This document shows positions 36,269 through 45,106 of a stretch of 64,000 bases of DNA, piece by piece (positions within the stretch are counted from its first letter, which is position 1; every line of letters starts with the position of its first letter). The notes beneath the pieces were generated by a model that made no database searches, was not told the origin of the DNA, and saw only the letters and a list, made by a program, of their open reading frames with translations. The DNA is from a virus (Duplodnaviria; Heunggongvirae; Uroviricota; Caudoviricetes). The stretch lies in the IMG/VR virus record IMGVR_UViG_3300032093_014924. The stretch is one strand, 5' to 3'. The translations under genes and the position numbers were made by a program.

Positions 36269-37183
36269 TTATTTAATTGTTTTTTTAAAGTTATCTGTTT
36301 CTAACGATGTTATTTTATTACCAAGTTCTTGACTAGGTTTAAGATTAAATTTATCCATTACTTCTTGTGAATTAACAGACAATTCAAAATCTATAAAAGC
36401 ATCAACTAACTTTTTATCTAAATTATTTATTTGACCGAATTTTTTTATTTGTTCATCATTCAATGTTATATTTTTTTGCATCTTTTTTAATGCTACGGCT
36501 GTATCAATACTTATATTTAAAAAACTAAGTAAAAATTGAATGTTTCTTATCTCATCAATAGTGTATCTTAATTCATTTAATTTGTTACCAATGTTTTTAG
36601 GGTTATTTAATTTTAATAAAGTTGATATTGTTATGATATAATCATCTGTTAAGTTTTTGAAATTCTTATTAATATTAAGTTTAGGAAAAATCCAATCAAA
36701 TAAATTATATCTATCTATTAAAGATAGAAAGAAAGAAACATTTTTAGCTGATTTAATTCCTTTAATAAATTCATCTTTTACTCTCTCAGCAGATATACCT
36801 TCTAAACTAGCATCTTTTTGTAATGCTTCATCTGTTTGTTGGTCTATATCACTATCTAATCTGGCTGAGAATCTTAGAACTCTTAAAATCCTAAGTCTAT
36901 CTTCATTGAATCTATCTTCTGGTTTACCAACGGTTCTAATCACACCATTTTTTATATCTTCAATACCACCAACAAGGTCAACAATTTCTTTATTTTTAAT
37001 ATCGTAAAATAAAGCATTTATTGTTATATCTCTTCTTAGCACATCTTGATATATATCTGTGAATTCGACTGAATCTGGTCTTCTTTTATCAGCTAAAGTT
37101 TTTTCATAATCTTCAAATTCTTTTTTAAAGAATTCTTTAGCTATTTGTTCCCAATTTTCCATTTTAATTATTTTAATTTCCAT
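36269..37183 (-). CDS. CCA-adding tRNA nucleotidyltransferase, C-terminal portion (neck/body), separate ORF
   Basis: ADKRRPDSVEFTDIYQDVLRRDITINALFYD = the conserved RRD(F/I)TINA motif that follows the head domain. Begins with its own ATG overlapping the end of the GIY-YIG gene. Confidence 0.7.
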   Translation of the reverse strand: MEIKIIKMENWEQIAKEFFKKEFEDYEKTLADKRRPDSVEFTDIYQDVLRRDITINALFYDIKNKEIVDLVGGIEDIKNGVIRTVGKPEDRFNEDRLRILRVLRFSARLDSDIDQQTDEALQKDASLEGISAERVKDEFIKGIKSAKNVSFFLSLIDRYNLFDWIFPKLNINKNFKNLTDDYIITISTLLKLNNPKNIGNKLNELRYTIDEIRNIQFLLSFLNISIDTAVALKKMQKNITLNDEQIKKFGQINNLDKKLVDAFIDFELSVNSQEVMDKFNLKPSQELGNKITSLETDNFKKTIK

Positions 37184-37875
37184 TTATAACCACCACACTT
37201 ATTTCTATTACCATTTATTACCGACCAAATATTGCCTTGACTCAACCCTAATTCTTTTGCTGCTGCTGTTGCACTAACCCATTCTTTAATTAATTCACTA
37301 TCTTTAGATAATTGTAATACTGGTGTTGCGTTCCAAGACAAAGTACCTTTTTTGGTTTCTGATATTTGTTTTTTAGTCTCTTCGCTGTGTTTATTACCAG
37401 TATTTCTACCAGGTTTACCAATTAATGATTGACTTATTTTTTCTCTTGTTATATTACTAACCTCCCTATTTTTATTGTTTTGACTGATTTTATTCCTATA
37501 CTCTAACGACCTTATGTGACCAGAAACACCATCGCCTCCATTGGTAAGGTTGGTTAATGGACCATTTTTTAAATCATTCCTACCAATAACTAATATTAAT
37601 TTTTTTTCTAACTCGAAAGCATCAACTTCAAATATATTTTCACTAATTTTTAAAATTATTGGTTTTAAACCAATATTTATTATTTTATTAATTTTTCTAA
37701 TTTTATATGTGTTATTATCACACTTCATCCTATTAGGGTTTAAGTGTTCTAAGCATCTTTTGTAACATCCCTTTCCAACATAAAATGGTTCATATTCAAA
37801 TTTATAATCACCATATGTAAATTCACCTTTTTTTCTTGGGTCTAGGTAAACATAGACATAATATTTTGATTCCAT
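37168..37875 (-). CDS. GIY-YIG homing endonuclease inserted within the CCA-enzyme gene
   Basis: YVYVYLDPRKKGEF...FYVGKGCYKRCLEHLN = GIY-YIG module, with C-terminal NUMOD-like basic repeats. Located between the two halves of the CCA enzyme. Confidence 0.75.
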   Translation of the reverse strand: MESKYYVYVYLDPRKKGEFTYGDYKFEYEPFYVGKGCYKRCLEHLNPNRMKCDNNTYKIRKINKIINIGLKPIILKISENIFEVDAFELEKKLILVIGRNDLKNGPLTNLTNGGDGVSGHIRSLEYRNKISQNNKNREVSNITREKISQSLIGKPGRNTGNKHSEETKKQISETKKGTLSWNATPVLQLSKDSELIKEWVSATAAAKELGLSQGNIWSVINGNRNKCGGYKWKLK

Positions 37876-37919
37876 GACATTCTTTTTATTATAAATATCA
37901 TGGATTAATCTAAAAGTCG

Positions 37920-39485
37920 CTATTTCATTAATTTAGTTAAAAATTTTTCGTAACTACCATTATTTAAACGTTTTAAATAATCTTTAAACCCTTCTAAATC
38001 ATAACCTTTATATTGGTCTATTCTGAATGTGGCTATTTCATATTCATCACTATCTGTTATAACATTAATGACACCAAATGCTTTTCCTGTTGCTATTGTT
38101 TTATAACCGTTTTCTTGTAATATGTTTTCAATATCATCTGGTTTAGCATTTGTTGCTAAATCATAATCTTTTGGTTCTTTATTTAGTAAAACATCCCTTA
38201 CTGAACCACCAACAAGATATAAATCATAACCATTCTTAACAAAAATATCTTTAATATCTATTATGTCCTTTGGTAAGTTAATATCATATTTAATTCTTAT
38301 TTCAGATGAAGTATTTAATTTATTTTCGTTTTCGGTAAAAAATTGTTTATATTCATCATCTTCTTTCACGTTATTTAATAAACGTTCTTCTTCATCATTT
38401 AATGGTCTATTTATGTTTTTTAAAATCAATTCTTGATGTTTTTCATCATACTTCCAAAAATCTTCTAAAATATCTTCTAATATAGTTACATCATTTACTT
38501 TAATGTTTTCATCATAAATTAATTTAATATAACCATCATCAATCATTTTTTTAACCATTTTATAATGTGGTAATTTTTCTAATAAACCATTCTTAAATTT
38601 AATTGGTAATGAATTATAATAAACTTTTTTTAAGTTTTCATCTAACTCATCTAATTGATAAGGTTCAAAATAATATTCAAAATTTTTTATATAAATTATT
38701 TTTTCATTATTTTTTAATTTATTAAAAAAATCAATACTTAATTTATCACCAGCTAAAGCATCTGAACGCATATTTGGGAAATTAGTTATCACATCACGTT
38801 TTATTTTACAAAATAGTTCTGGGTTTTTAACTTCTACTGGATTAGACGATAGTTTAGATAAATCATATATAACAGACCCGTGTAATGTATTATCATACCC
38901 ATCTATACCGCTAACATTAACACCATTAAAACCATTGTACTCCATTATTCTTGTTGACATGGATGCTAAATTGGTTTTGTTCTTCATGTCATTTGCGGCT
39001 TCTTTAACCATATTTATATATTCACGATATTTTGGAATATTTAAACCTAGGTATTGTGCATTATTTATTATTTTTAAATAAATAATTTTGAATTTGTTAT
39101 CCATTTCAAATTTGCTATCATAAACTCTAACAACTAAATAAAAACTTTCATTTATTAGTTTTAATGTTTTAAATAACATTTCAGCATGGTCTGGTGATTT
39201 AACCCTAAATAAATTTTTATAAATATCAAAATCAACACGATAAATATTATCTTTTATTTTAGTTAATTCTTTTTTTGAGTTATCGGAATCATCAAAATTT
39301 TCACAACTATAAGTAGAAAAATAAAGACCAGAACCAAAATGCCCAGTTCCACGACCTTGCATACGAAATAAATTATCTGAACCATATGGTCTTATATTTT
39401 CTACATTTTCTATATCACCTTTATGGTAATTAAATTCCGTTTCGTTTAATAAGTTTCTTAATTTGAATTTAATATAGTTTTTCAT
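37920..39485 (-). CDS. Unknown about 400-aa N-terminal domain fused to the CCA-adding enzyme head domain (N-terminal half of the split nucleotidyltransferase)
   Basis: C-terminal 90 aa YDLYLVGGSVRDVLLNKEPKDYDLATNAKPDD...GKAFGVINV...EYEIATFRIDQY = class-II polymerase-beta head domain (GGxVRD, DxD, ATFR). The ORF stops immediately after. Confidence 0.7.
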   Translation of the reverse strand: MKNYIKFKLRNLLNETEFNYHKGDIENVENIRPYGSDNLFRMQGRGTGHFGSGLYFSTYSCENFDDSDNSKKELTKIKDNIYRVDFDIYKNLFRVKSPDHAEMLFKTLKLINESFYLVVRVYDSKFEMDNKFKIIYLKIINNAQYLGLNIPKYREYINMVKEAANDMKNKTNLASMSTRIMEYNGFNGVNVSGIDGYDNTLHGSVIYDLSKLSSNPVEVKNPELFCKIKRDVITNFPNMRSDALAGDKLSIDFFNKLKNNEKIIYIKNFEYYFEPYQLDELDENLKKVYYNSLPIKFKNGLLEKLPHYKMVKKMIDDGYIKLIYDENIKVNDVTILEDILEDFWKYDEKHQELILKNINRPLNDEEERLLNNVKEDDEYKQFFTENENKLNTSSEIRIKYDINLPKDIIDIKDIFVKNGYDLYLVGGSVRDVLLNKEPKDYDLATNAKPDDIENILQENGYKTIATGKAFGVINVITDSDEYEIATFRIDQYKGYDLEGFKDYLKRLNNGSYEKFLTKLMK

Positions 39486-39519
39486 ATATAATAAATATAT
39501 ATCTTAAACTATTAAATTA

Positions 39520-40407
39520 TTAACAACCAAAAAAATCTTTTAAATCTTCATTTTTTTTAAGGTCTCTTATCGCAAACTCTATTATTTTTTTAATTCTTAT
39601 AGTTGTCATATTATACTCTTCTGACATTTGTTTAATTGTTAATTGTTTATAGTCATACAAACCATAATAATGACAAATAATAACTCTACTTATAGGGTTT
39701 AAAGAATATATTACCTTTTTTAATACTTCGTTTGATTCTTTTTCTTCACTATCTACTTCAAAATCATTGTGTTTGAATAAATAATCATTTTCTTCAGTTA
39801 TTAATGATTTAGTAACAACACTAGATTTAATAGCCATCAATACACTATTTTTTATTCTATCTGTACCAATATCAGAATTATTAATAACATATTCGTAATC
39901 AAGTTCATGACCACATTCTTTCTCCATTTTTGCTTTCAAATTATTTATTATTTTAATTTTAGGCATAATGTTTGAAGATATGTTAGCTACATATAAATTT
40001 TCATTTAAAAACAATAAAATTCTTTTTCTTATATGCCAAATAGCATATGAAATAAATTTATTATCTGAATCTGTTTTGAATTGTTCAATAGCTTCACTTA
40101 AGCCAATATTGCCCTCACATATCAATTCTTCAACACCAATATCACCACTGGTTATTTTTTTAGCATATGTTCTTGCAACAGAAACAACAAATAAAAGATT
40201 ATGATTTATTATTTTATCTTTTATTTTTTTTCTGTCTAATTCATCAGTTGTCTCAGACAACTTTATGAATAGTTCTTTTTCTTCTTCTTTGGTTAAAGGT
40301 TTAAGCTTTTCAATTTGACTGTAATAAGCTTTTAAAGATTCTTTAGATAATGTGTTTACAAAAAAATCATCATTACCAAGTCTTTTTTTACCGAAATCTG
40401 TTATCAT
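39520..40407 (-). CDS. Sigma-70 family RNA polymerase sigma factor
   Basis: Region 2 FISYAIWHIRKRI and region 4 LTIKQMSEEYNMTTIRIKKIIEFAIRDLKK. Confidence 0.7.
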   Translation of the reverse strand: MITDFGKKRLGNDDFFVNTLSKESLKAYYSQIEKLKPLTKEEEKELFIKLSETTDELDRKKIKDKIINHNLLFVVSVARTYAKKITSGDIGVEELICEGNIGLSEAIEQFKTDSDNKFISYAIWHIRKRILLFLNENLYVANISSNIMPKIKIINNLKAKMEKECGHELDYEYVINNSDIGTDRIKNSVLMAIKSSVVTKSLITEENDYLFKHNDFEVDSEEKESNEVLKKVIYSLNPISRVIICHYYGLYDYKQLTIKQMSEEYNMTTIRIKKIIEFAIRDLKKNEDLKDFFGC

Positions 40408-40470
40408 ATACTTTATTTATTTAATACAAAGATATTAAAAAATACGATACGAAACAAATTTTTTTTTAGA

Positions 40471-40977
40471 TTACTTGAATAATAAATTCCCTAAATTTAT
40501 CGCTCTACGTTGAAAATTTTCATACGTATCATTATTTTCAATAATGATATCTGCACATAATGAATCAATATCAAAAGAATCTTTTGATTCAAATGGTAGC
40601 CTTTTACTACCATCAACCCATATAACTAAATTAAACACATTTTGTCTTAAACACTCTTCTATCTCATCTCTACTTCTCATACCAACATAAATGTCGTTAT
40701 TTTTCATGATTTCTTTAGCTAATCTAGCTTTGTCATCTTTATTATACTCACTTATTAAATTAAACCATTCTGCTCTATGTTTAAACCTATCGTTAAAACA
40801 TTCTTTAACACTACTATAACCATATAAATCTTTTAATTTATCATATATGAATATGTCAGCACATGCTTCAGATGAAGATGTGTATTTTAAACCAAACTGC
40901 TCATTAAAAATTTCAGCTAGTGAGTCTTTTCCCCATCTAGCTGAACCAATTAAACATAACTTAACGTTTTTACCCAT
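40471..40977 (-). CDS. P-loop NMP-kinase-like protein (dNMP kinase candidate)
   Basis: LCLIGSARWGKDSLAEIF resembles the T4 gp1 dNMP kinase N-terminus (LSGVKRSGKDTTADFI). Weak. Confidence 0.35.
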   Translation of the reverse strand: MGKNVKLCLIGSARWGKDSLAEIFNEQFGLKYTSSSEACADIFIYDKLKDLYGYSSVKECFNDRFKHRAEWFNLISEYNKDDKARLAKEIMKNNDIYVGMRSRDEIEECLRQNVFNLVIWVDGSKRLPFESKDSFDIDSLCADIIIENNDTYENFQRRAINLGNLLFK

Positions 40978-41178
40978 TAAAAACCTAGAAACTTATAAAT
41001 TTCTTTATAATAATAAGATACAACACCAATTATACTATAAAATATAATGTAATCATACCAATGATAACCAATAGGTTTAATAAAGATAAATAAAATGGTT
41101 ATCGGACATGTCAATAACCAACACTTAAATAGTTCTTTTAAAAAGTTTTTCATATTTTTTTTATGTTTAAATTAATTG

Positions 41179-41256
41179 TAATCAGGACAGGATTCGAACC
41201 TGTAATAGACGCTCCTTAGAGTCCGCTATCTTGGCAACCAATTCCGCCACCTGACT
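41179..41256 (-). tRNA. tRNA-like gene (paralog of the Leu-like family; the anticodon arm does not fold canonically)
   Basis: AGTCAGG-TG-GCGGAATTGGTTGCC ... ACAGG-TTCGAAT-CCTGT-CCTGATT-A. It shares the acceptor and T arm with the other family members, but I could not find a 5-bp anticodon stem. Confidence 0.35.
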
Positions 41257-41386
41257 AAGAAAATAACTAATGAGGTCTTCGTTTCTCCTAGCTGGCCCAC
41301 TTGAATATTTCTATTCTTGCCCGACTCGAACGGGAATGCTAGCAACCCAATCCAGCTTGCTCTTTTCAGAGTCATTAGTTATTTTT

Positions 41387-41489
41387 GTTGTTAGGACAGG
41401 ATTCGAACCTGTACGCAGTATCTTAATTACAGGCTCTTTTCACGATACTGCCGAGCCATGCGTGCGTCTACCAATTCCGCCACCTAACT
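41387..41489 (-). tRNA. long type-II tRNA-like gene (Leu-like), about 103 nt
   Basis: AGTTAGG-TG-GCGG-AATTGGTAGA-CGC ... ACAGG-TTCGAAT-CCTGT-CCTAACA-A. The middle 50 nt contains a 9-bp stem CGCAGTATC/GATACTGCG. Confidence 0.45.
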
Positions 41490-41757
41490 TCCACCCCACC
41501 TTGAGATTACTGGTGAGTAGATGTATCGGTTTTCTTTCTTTCAATAAACCTGTGGGTCTTACCCTCTTAAAATTAGTCAAACTACTTGGAGCCTCTGTTA
41601 CCTAGCTTTATTCCAAAGAGACTGGCGTTTTATAGAGCTATAACCAGTTTCTACCAAAATGTGATAGTCTTCTTTATAGATATTAGGATGTCCAGTCTAA
41701 TACCCTATTCATTGTTTAAGTCTTGAATTAAAGACTCTGAGTATCTCTTACTCATTG

Positions 41758-41843
41758 TAGTTAGAGTGGGGGTCGAACCCACAAGGGCGTTTCTGCCCAC
41801 AAGATTTTAAGTCTTGCATGTTTTCCTATTTCATCATCTAACC
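41758..41843 (-). tRNA. tRNA-Leu(UAA)
   Basis: GGTTAGA-TG-ATG-AAATAGGAAAA-CAT-G-CAAGA-CTTAAAA-TCTTG-TGGGCAGAAACGCCCTTG-TGGG..TTCGACC-CCCAC-TCTAACT-A. Anticodon UAA, long variable arm, canonical T loop. Confidence 0.7.
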
Positions 41844-41974
41844 ATTTTATTATTTACAGGATAGCGTTAGTTGACTTTATCTATTTTGAATTTGAATGTA
41901 ACTTTTGCTGAATCTATCCTTTAAAATAATTTATATTACAAATTTACTAACTTTTTAACATTAAAACAATTTTT

Positions 41975-42050
41975 TTTATTTTTATACCCTATATGGTATT
42001 AATTTATTTGTTTTATTATTTTTATACCCTATAGGGTAATATTTTTAGTT
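41975..42050. repeat. tandem direct repeat containing the palindrome TACCCTATAGGGTA
   Basis: Two copies of tttttatttttataccctatA(t/g)ggta about 37 bp apart. Lies in the about 400-bp non-coding leader between a promoter motif (about 42204-42224) and the tRNA cluster. Confidence 0.6.
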
Positions 42051-42203
42051 ATTTACAGAATCGGTTTTTCGGGTTGAATTTAAAAGATTCATCGATAATT
42101 TAATTTTGCTGAAATAATTCTTCAAAATAACTAAAATAATTTCAAAGTGGGTTTCTATAATTTTGCATAATTATTCTTTTTTGTTTTGCTGTAACCACTT
42201 TTT

Positions 42204-42224
42204 ATAATACAAATATACTAACCT
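42204..42224 (-). promoter_or_regulatory. conserved upstream motif instance driving the tRNA-cluster leader
   Basis: ataatacaaatatactaacc, with no ATG-initiated gene downstream. About 360-nt leader, then tRNA-Leu(UAA). Confidence 0.5.
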
Positions 42225-42257
42225 TTACCTCATGAAAACAAATTTATTTTCTGTTTT

Positions 42258-42500
42258 TTATGTAATTATTTGATTATTAACCAATTTAAAATCTACTTTA
42301 GGTTTAAGTTCTGTTAAAACAACTATTATTTGTTGTTTTTCTATTTTTGAAATATCATAAATTACATTAACCACTTCGTAATATATATCATTAAAGAAAA
42401 GTAATTCATTTTTTTTAGGAATAACATTCATTTGGATATCATTTTTTAAAATCTTCCAATTTACATCTATAAACCTTATATTATTTTTTTTCTTAAACAT
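42258..42500 (-). CDS. hypothetical protein
   Basis: 80-aa ORF. Confidence 0.35.
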   Translation of the reverse strand: MFKKKNNIRFIDVNWKILKNDIQMNVIPKKNELLFFNDIYYEVVNVIYDISKIEKQQIIVVLTELKPKVDFKLVNNQIIT

Positions 42501-42625
42501 AAGTCAAATTTACTACATTTTTTTAATTAATGAACGATATTTATTAATAAATAACATTTAGCTAAATAATTTAAATCATGAAAAATCAAGTAAGAGAATG
42601 TGGTTGTAAAAAATAACCATGTATT

Positions 42626-42646
42626 AAGGGGATTTTAAATCCCCTT
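42626..42646 (-). terminator. hairpin AAGGGGAttttaaATCCCCTT, likely an intrinsic terminator
   Basis: Perfect 8-bp G+C-containing stem followed by a T/A run, immediately 3' of ORF 42654-42911. Confidence 0.5.
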
Positions 42647-42653
42647 AATTATT

Positions 42654-42911
42654 TTAAATGTTTTCAATATTTTCATTTTGGGTTGTATCTTTTTTTGTTC
42701 TTCTACTAGAAAATTGTTCGGATGCTGTAAACCCTAAACCACCTAACACAATCCAAGCCATATATTCATATATAAACTCGTTTACAGTGTATTCAAAGAA
42801 TAAATCTGATATAAACCCTATAGCCATAAAAATAAACGCCATTAAGGTCACAAAACGCTTACTTGATACTTTATTCTCAACCAATAATAATGACATAAAG
42901 AACTTTCCCAT
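42654..42911 (-). CDS. small membrane protein
   Basis: 85 aa with two TM helices. Confidence 0.4.
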   Translation of the reverse strand: MGKFFMSLLLVENKVSSKRFVTLMAFIFMAIGFISDLFFEYTVNEFIYEYMAWIVLGGLGFTASEQFSSRRTKKDTTQNENIENI

Positions 42912-42964
42912 AATATTTAATTTATTTATAAATATGCTGAAATAAAAAAAACCTTACAAAATAA

Positions 42965-43317
42965 TTGTAAGGTTTTTAGTGGAGCGAGTCGGAGTTGCAC
43001 CAACGTGTTGGTTATTCTTCAATACCTTTCTACATGTTTATAATGGTTTTCTAACCATTCAAAATACATCAAATTTGTTAAGTTCTCTGATTAGAAACTA
43101 ATGGACTACCATTATGTTGTAGAAAATACTACAATTAAGTAAGTTATTACTATCAGCGATATCAGGCTACCGCAAGCTCTCCAGCGAAGCTACATGTAAC
43201 TTCGTTAAGGAAATTTTCAGAAACAACTAAATCGTTGCCATTTGTTTGTTTTGATAGGGTATTTAAGTGTTTCCATCTAACACTACATGCTTAATACTTA
43301 CGACTATAACCAGTCGA
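42965..43317 (-). ncRNA. ssrA: tmRNA (SsrA)
   Basis: Minus-strand 5' end GGGGCGAUAUUAGAAUCGACUGG... is near-identical in pattern to the bacterial SsrA 5' end GGGGCUGAUUCUGGAUUCGACGGG. The 3' end ...GGUGCAACUCCGACUCGCUCCA is the T-arm-like + acceptor strand pairing with GGGGCGA. A candidate internal tag ORF ...FAGELAVA-UGA ends with a typical hydrophobic (A/L/V)A tag. Promoter motif about 14-19 nt upstream. Confidence 0.8.
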
Positions 43318-43330
43318 TTCTAATATCGCC

Positions 43331-43350
43331 CCATTGTTTTAATAATTATT
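43331..43350 (-). promoter_or_regulatory. conserved upstream motif instance upstream of tmRNA
   Basis: ttattacaaatatactaaaa about 14 nt 5' of the GGGG start of ssrA. Confidence 0.5.
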
Positions 43351-43399
43351 ACAAATATACTAAAAGATACAAATAAAAACAAATATTATTTAATAAATA

Positions 43400-43924
43400 T
43401 TATGTGTATTTATCAATAATAGTTTTAAACATGTAATAATATGTGCTAATAGTTGTTTTAGCACCGTGAGTACTAACATTATTAAATTCATTTTTAATAA
43501 CATCAGAAATATTGTTTATGGTTGATGCTTTTTCTATAAATGAAAAACCCTCCCTTTCTTGAAATATGATTAACGCTTTTCTAACGCTGTACGTGCCGTA
43601 AAAAGAAAACGGCATATAGTTTGATTTTATCCAATCCCACATGTCATTAGGGTTGTTTGTGTTTGGTGCTTCTTGATGACAATCTTTACATAGAAGAACA
43701 TAGTTGTCAGGTGAATCACTACCACCTAAACTATGTGGAACTATATGACATCTTTCTAATGAAGGGGTTTTATGTGATTTTCTAAATCTGTCATCACCAC
43801 AATTCCAACAGTGTGTGTGTGCATCGGCCCAATCGAAATTTAATTCTAGTTCACTTATATTACTATTTTTTATCCAGTAATCAGCAATATGTTTTATAGT
43901 TGTTTTACAATATCTTGTCGCCAT
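43400..43924 (-). CDS. HNH homing endonuclease
   Basis: HCWNCGDD...CHIVPHSLGGSDSPDNYVLLCKDCHQ = HNH motif with zinc-binding cysteines. Confidence 0.75.
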   Translation of the reverse strand: MATRYCKTTIKHIADYWIKNSNISELELNFDWADAHTHCWNCGDDRFRKSHKTPSLERCHIVPHSLGGSDSPDNYVLLCKDCHQEAPNTNNPNDMWDWIKSNYMPFSFYGTYSVRKALIIFQEREGFSFIEKASTINNISDVIKNEFNNVSTHGAKTTISTYYYMFKTIIDKYT

Positions 43925-43933
43925 TATTATTAA

Positions 43934-44650
43934 TTATTTTTTTCTACTTATTACCGAATCAATAATACCATATTTAAGTGCTTCATCAGCATTCAACCAA
44001 AGGTCCCTGTCAGCATCTTTCATAACTTGTTTTGCAGTTTTGTTTGTGTACTCACCAAGCAACCCAAATAATATTTCATTATATTTCTCAGTTTCAGCAA
44101 TTGTTAATCGCATGTCTTGAATAGTACCCCCCATTGAAGAAGAAACTTGGTGTAGCATAACTCTACTGAAACTTAAACTATACCTTTTACCTTTGGTTCC
44201 AGCACCTAATAATACACTACCCATACTAGCGGCCATACCTGTGTTTATAGTGACGATATCAGAAGATATATAACCAATAACATCAACAATTGATAAACCA
44301 CTTTTAACGCTACCACCAGGTGTATCAATATGTAGAGTAATATCTTTTGTTTCCATATTATCAAGAAACATTAATTGTGCTTGAACAACCGTGCTCATCC
44401 TATCGTTAACTGGTCCAGCTAACCATATAATCCTATCCATCATCATTCTATCAAACACTGACATTAGTGTTGCTCTGAATTCTCTTTCTTCCAAAATCAT
44501 CGGTGATAAAGAACCAAATACATTTACATTTGAATAAATGTTTTCTTGCAGTTTTTCCCAATAATATAGTTGCATACTGCTTATGCCCATGTGTTTTGTT
44601 GCATAAGATTTGAATTCTTCATGCATACCAGTGTCTACTAAATTTTCCAT
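43934..44650 (-). CDS. clpP: ATP-dependent Clp protease proteolytic subunit ClpP
   Basis: DRIIWLAGPVND...TPGGSV...NTGMAASMGSVLLGAG...MLHQ gives a full-length match to the ClpP fold, with a catalytic Ser (GMAASMGS) and His (LHQ). Confidence 0.85.
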   Translation of the reverse strand: MENLVDTGMHEEFKSYATKHMGISSMQLYYWEKLQENIYSNVNVFGSLSPMILEEREFRATLMSVFDRMMMDRIIWLAGPVNDRMSTVVQAQLMFLDNMETKDITLHIDTPGGSVKSGLSIVDVIGYISSDIVTINTGMAASMGSVLLGAGTKGKRYSLSFSRVMLHQVSSSMGGTIQDMRLTIAETEKYNEILFGLLGEYTNKTAKQVMKDADRDLWLNADEALKYGIIDSVISRKK

Positions 44651-44657
44651 TTTTTTT

Positions 44658-44909
44658 TTAATTGTTTAAACTTCTAACATAAATTGGTGTATTTTCACCT
44701 AGCCAAGCACCTAAAATATTAAAATGATAATATTCTTCGGCTTCATCATATGACATATCATATTTATCGATTAATATTGATAACATTTTTTCTACATCAT
44801 ATGTTACAACTGGGTTTAAATTAATTCTTTCCGCAATACCTATTATTGCATCATCAAACCCATCACACATTAGTGCTTCTGGATTAATCAATTCTATCTG
44901 TTCTTTCAT
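44658..44909 (-). CDS. hypothetical protein
   Basis: 83-aa ORF. Confidence 0.35.
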   Translation of the reverse strand: MKEQIELINPEALMCDGFDDAIIGIAERINLNPVVTYDVEKMLSILIDKYDMSYDEAEEYYHFNILGAWLGENTPIYVRSLNN

Positions 44910-44912
44910 ATT

Positions 44913-45104
44913 TTATTTAATAACTTCAATTTTAATTATTCTATCATCAGAAGAAAAATTTAACGGACTATCGTTAAAATTATCTGATATAAATCTATAT
45001 GCTGCTGTTGGATTACAATTAAATTCGTCATGAAATGTTTTCTCGTCAATCATTTCTGTACAATCAAACTCAACTGTTATTCTAAAACCAATATTCTTTT
45101 CCAT
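44913..45104 (-). CDS. hypothetical protein
   Basis: 63-aa ORF. Confidence 0.3.
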   Translation of the reverse strand: MEKNIGFRITVEFDCTEMIDEKTFHDEFNCNPTAAYRFISDNFNDSPLNFSSDDRIIKIEVIK

Positions 45105-45106
45105 GA

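Noticed and set aside
41270-41605. 111-aa plus-strand ORF in the six-frame track
   Set aside because: It overlaps two tRNA-like genes and G+C-rich structured RNA, and has no promoter motif. It is an artefact of RNA-gene sequence, not a CDS.
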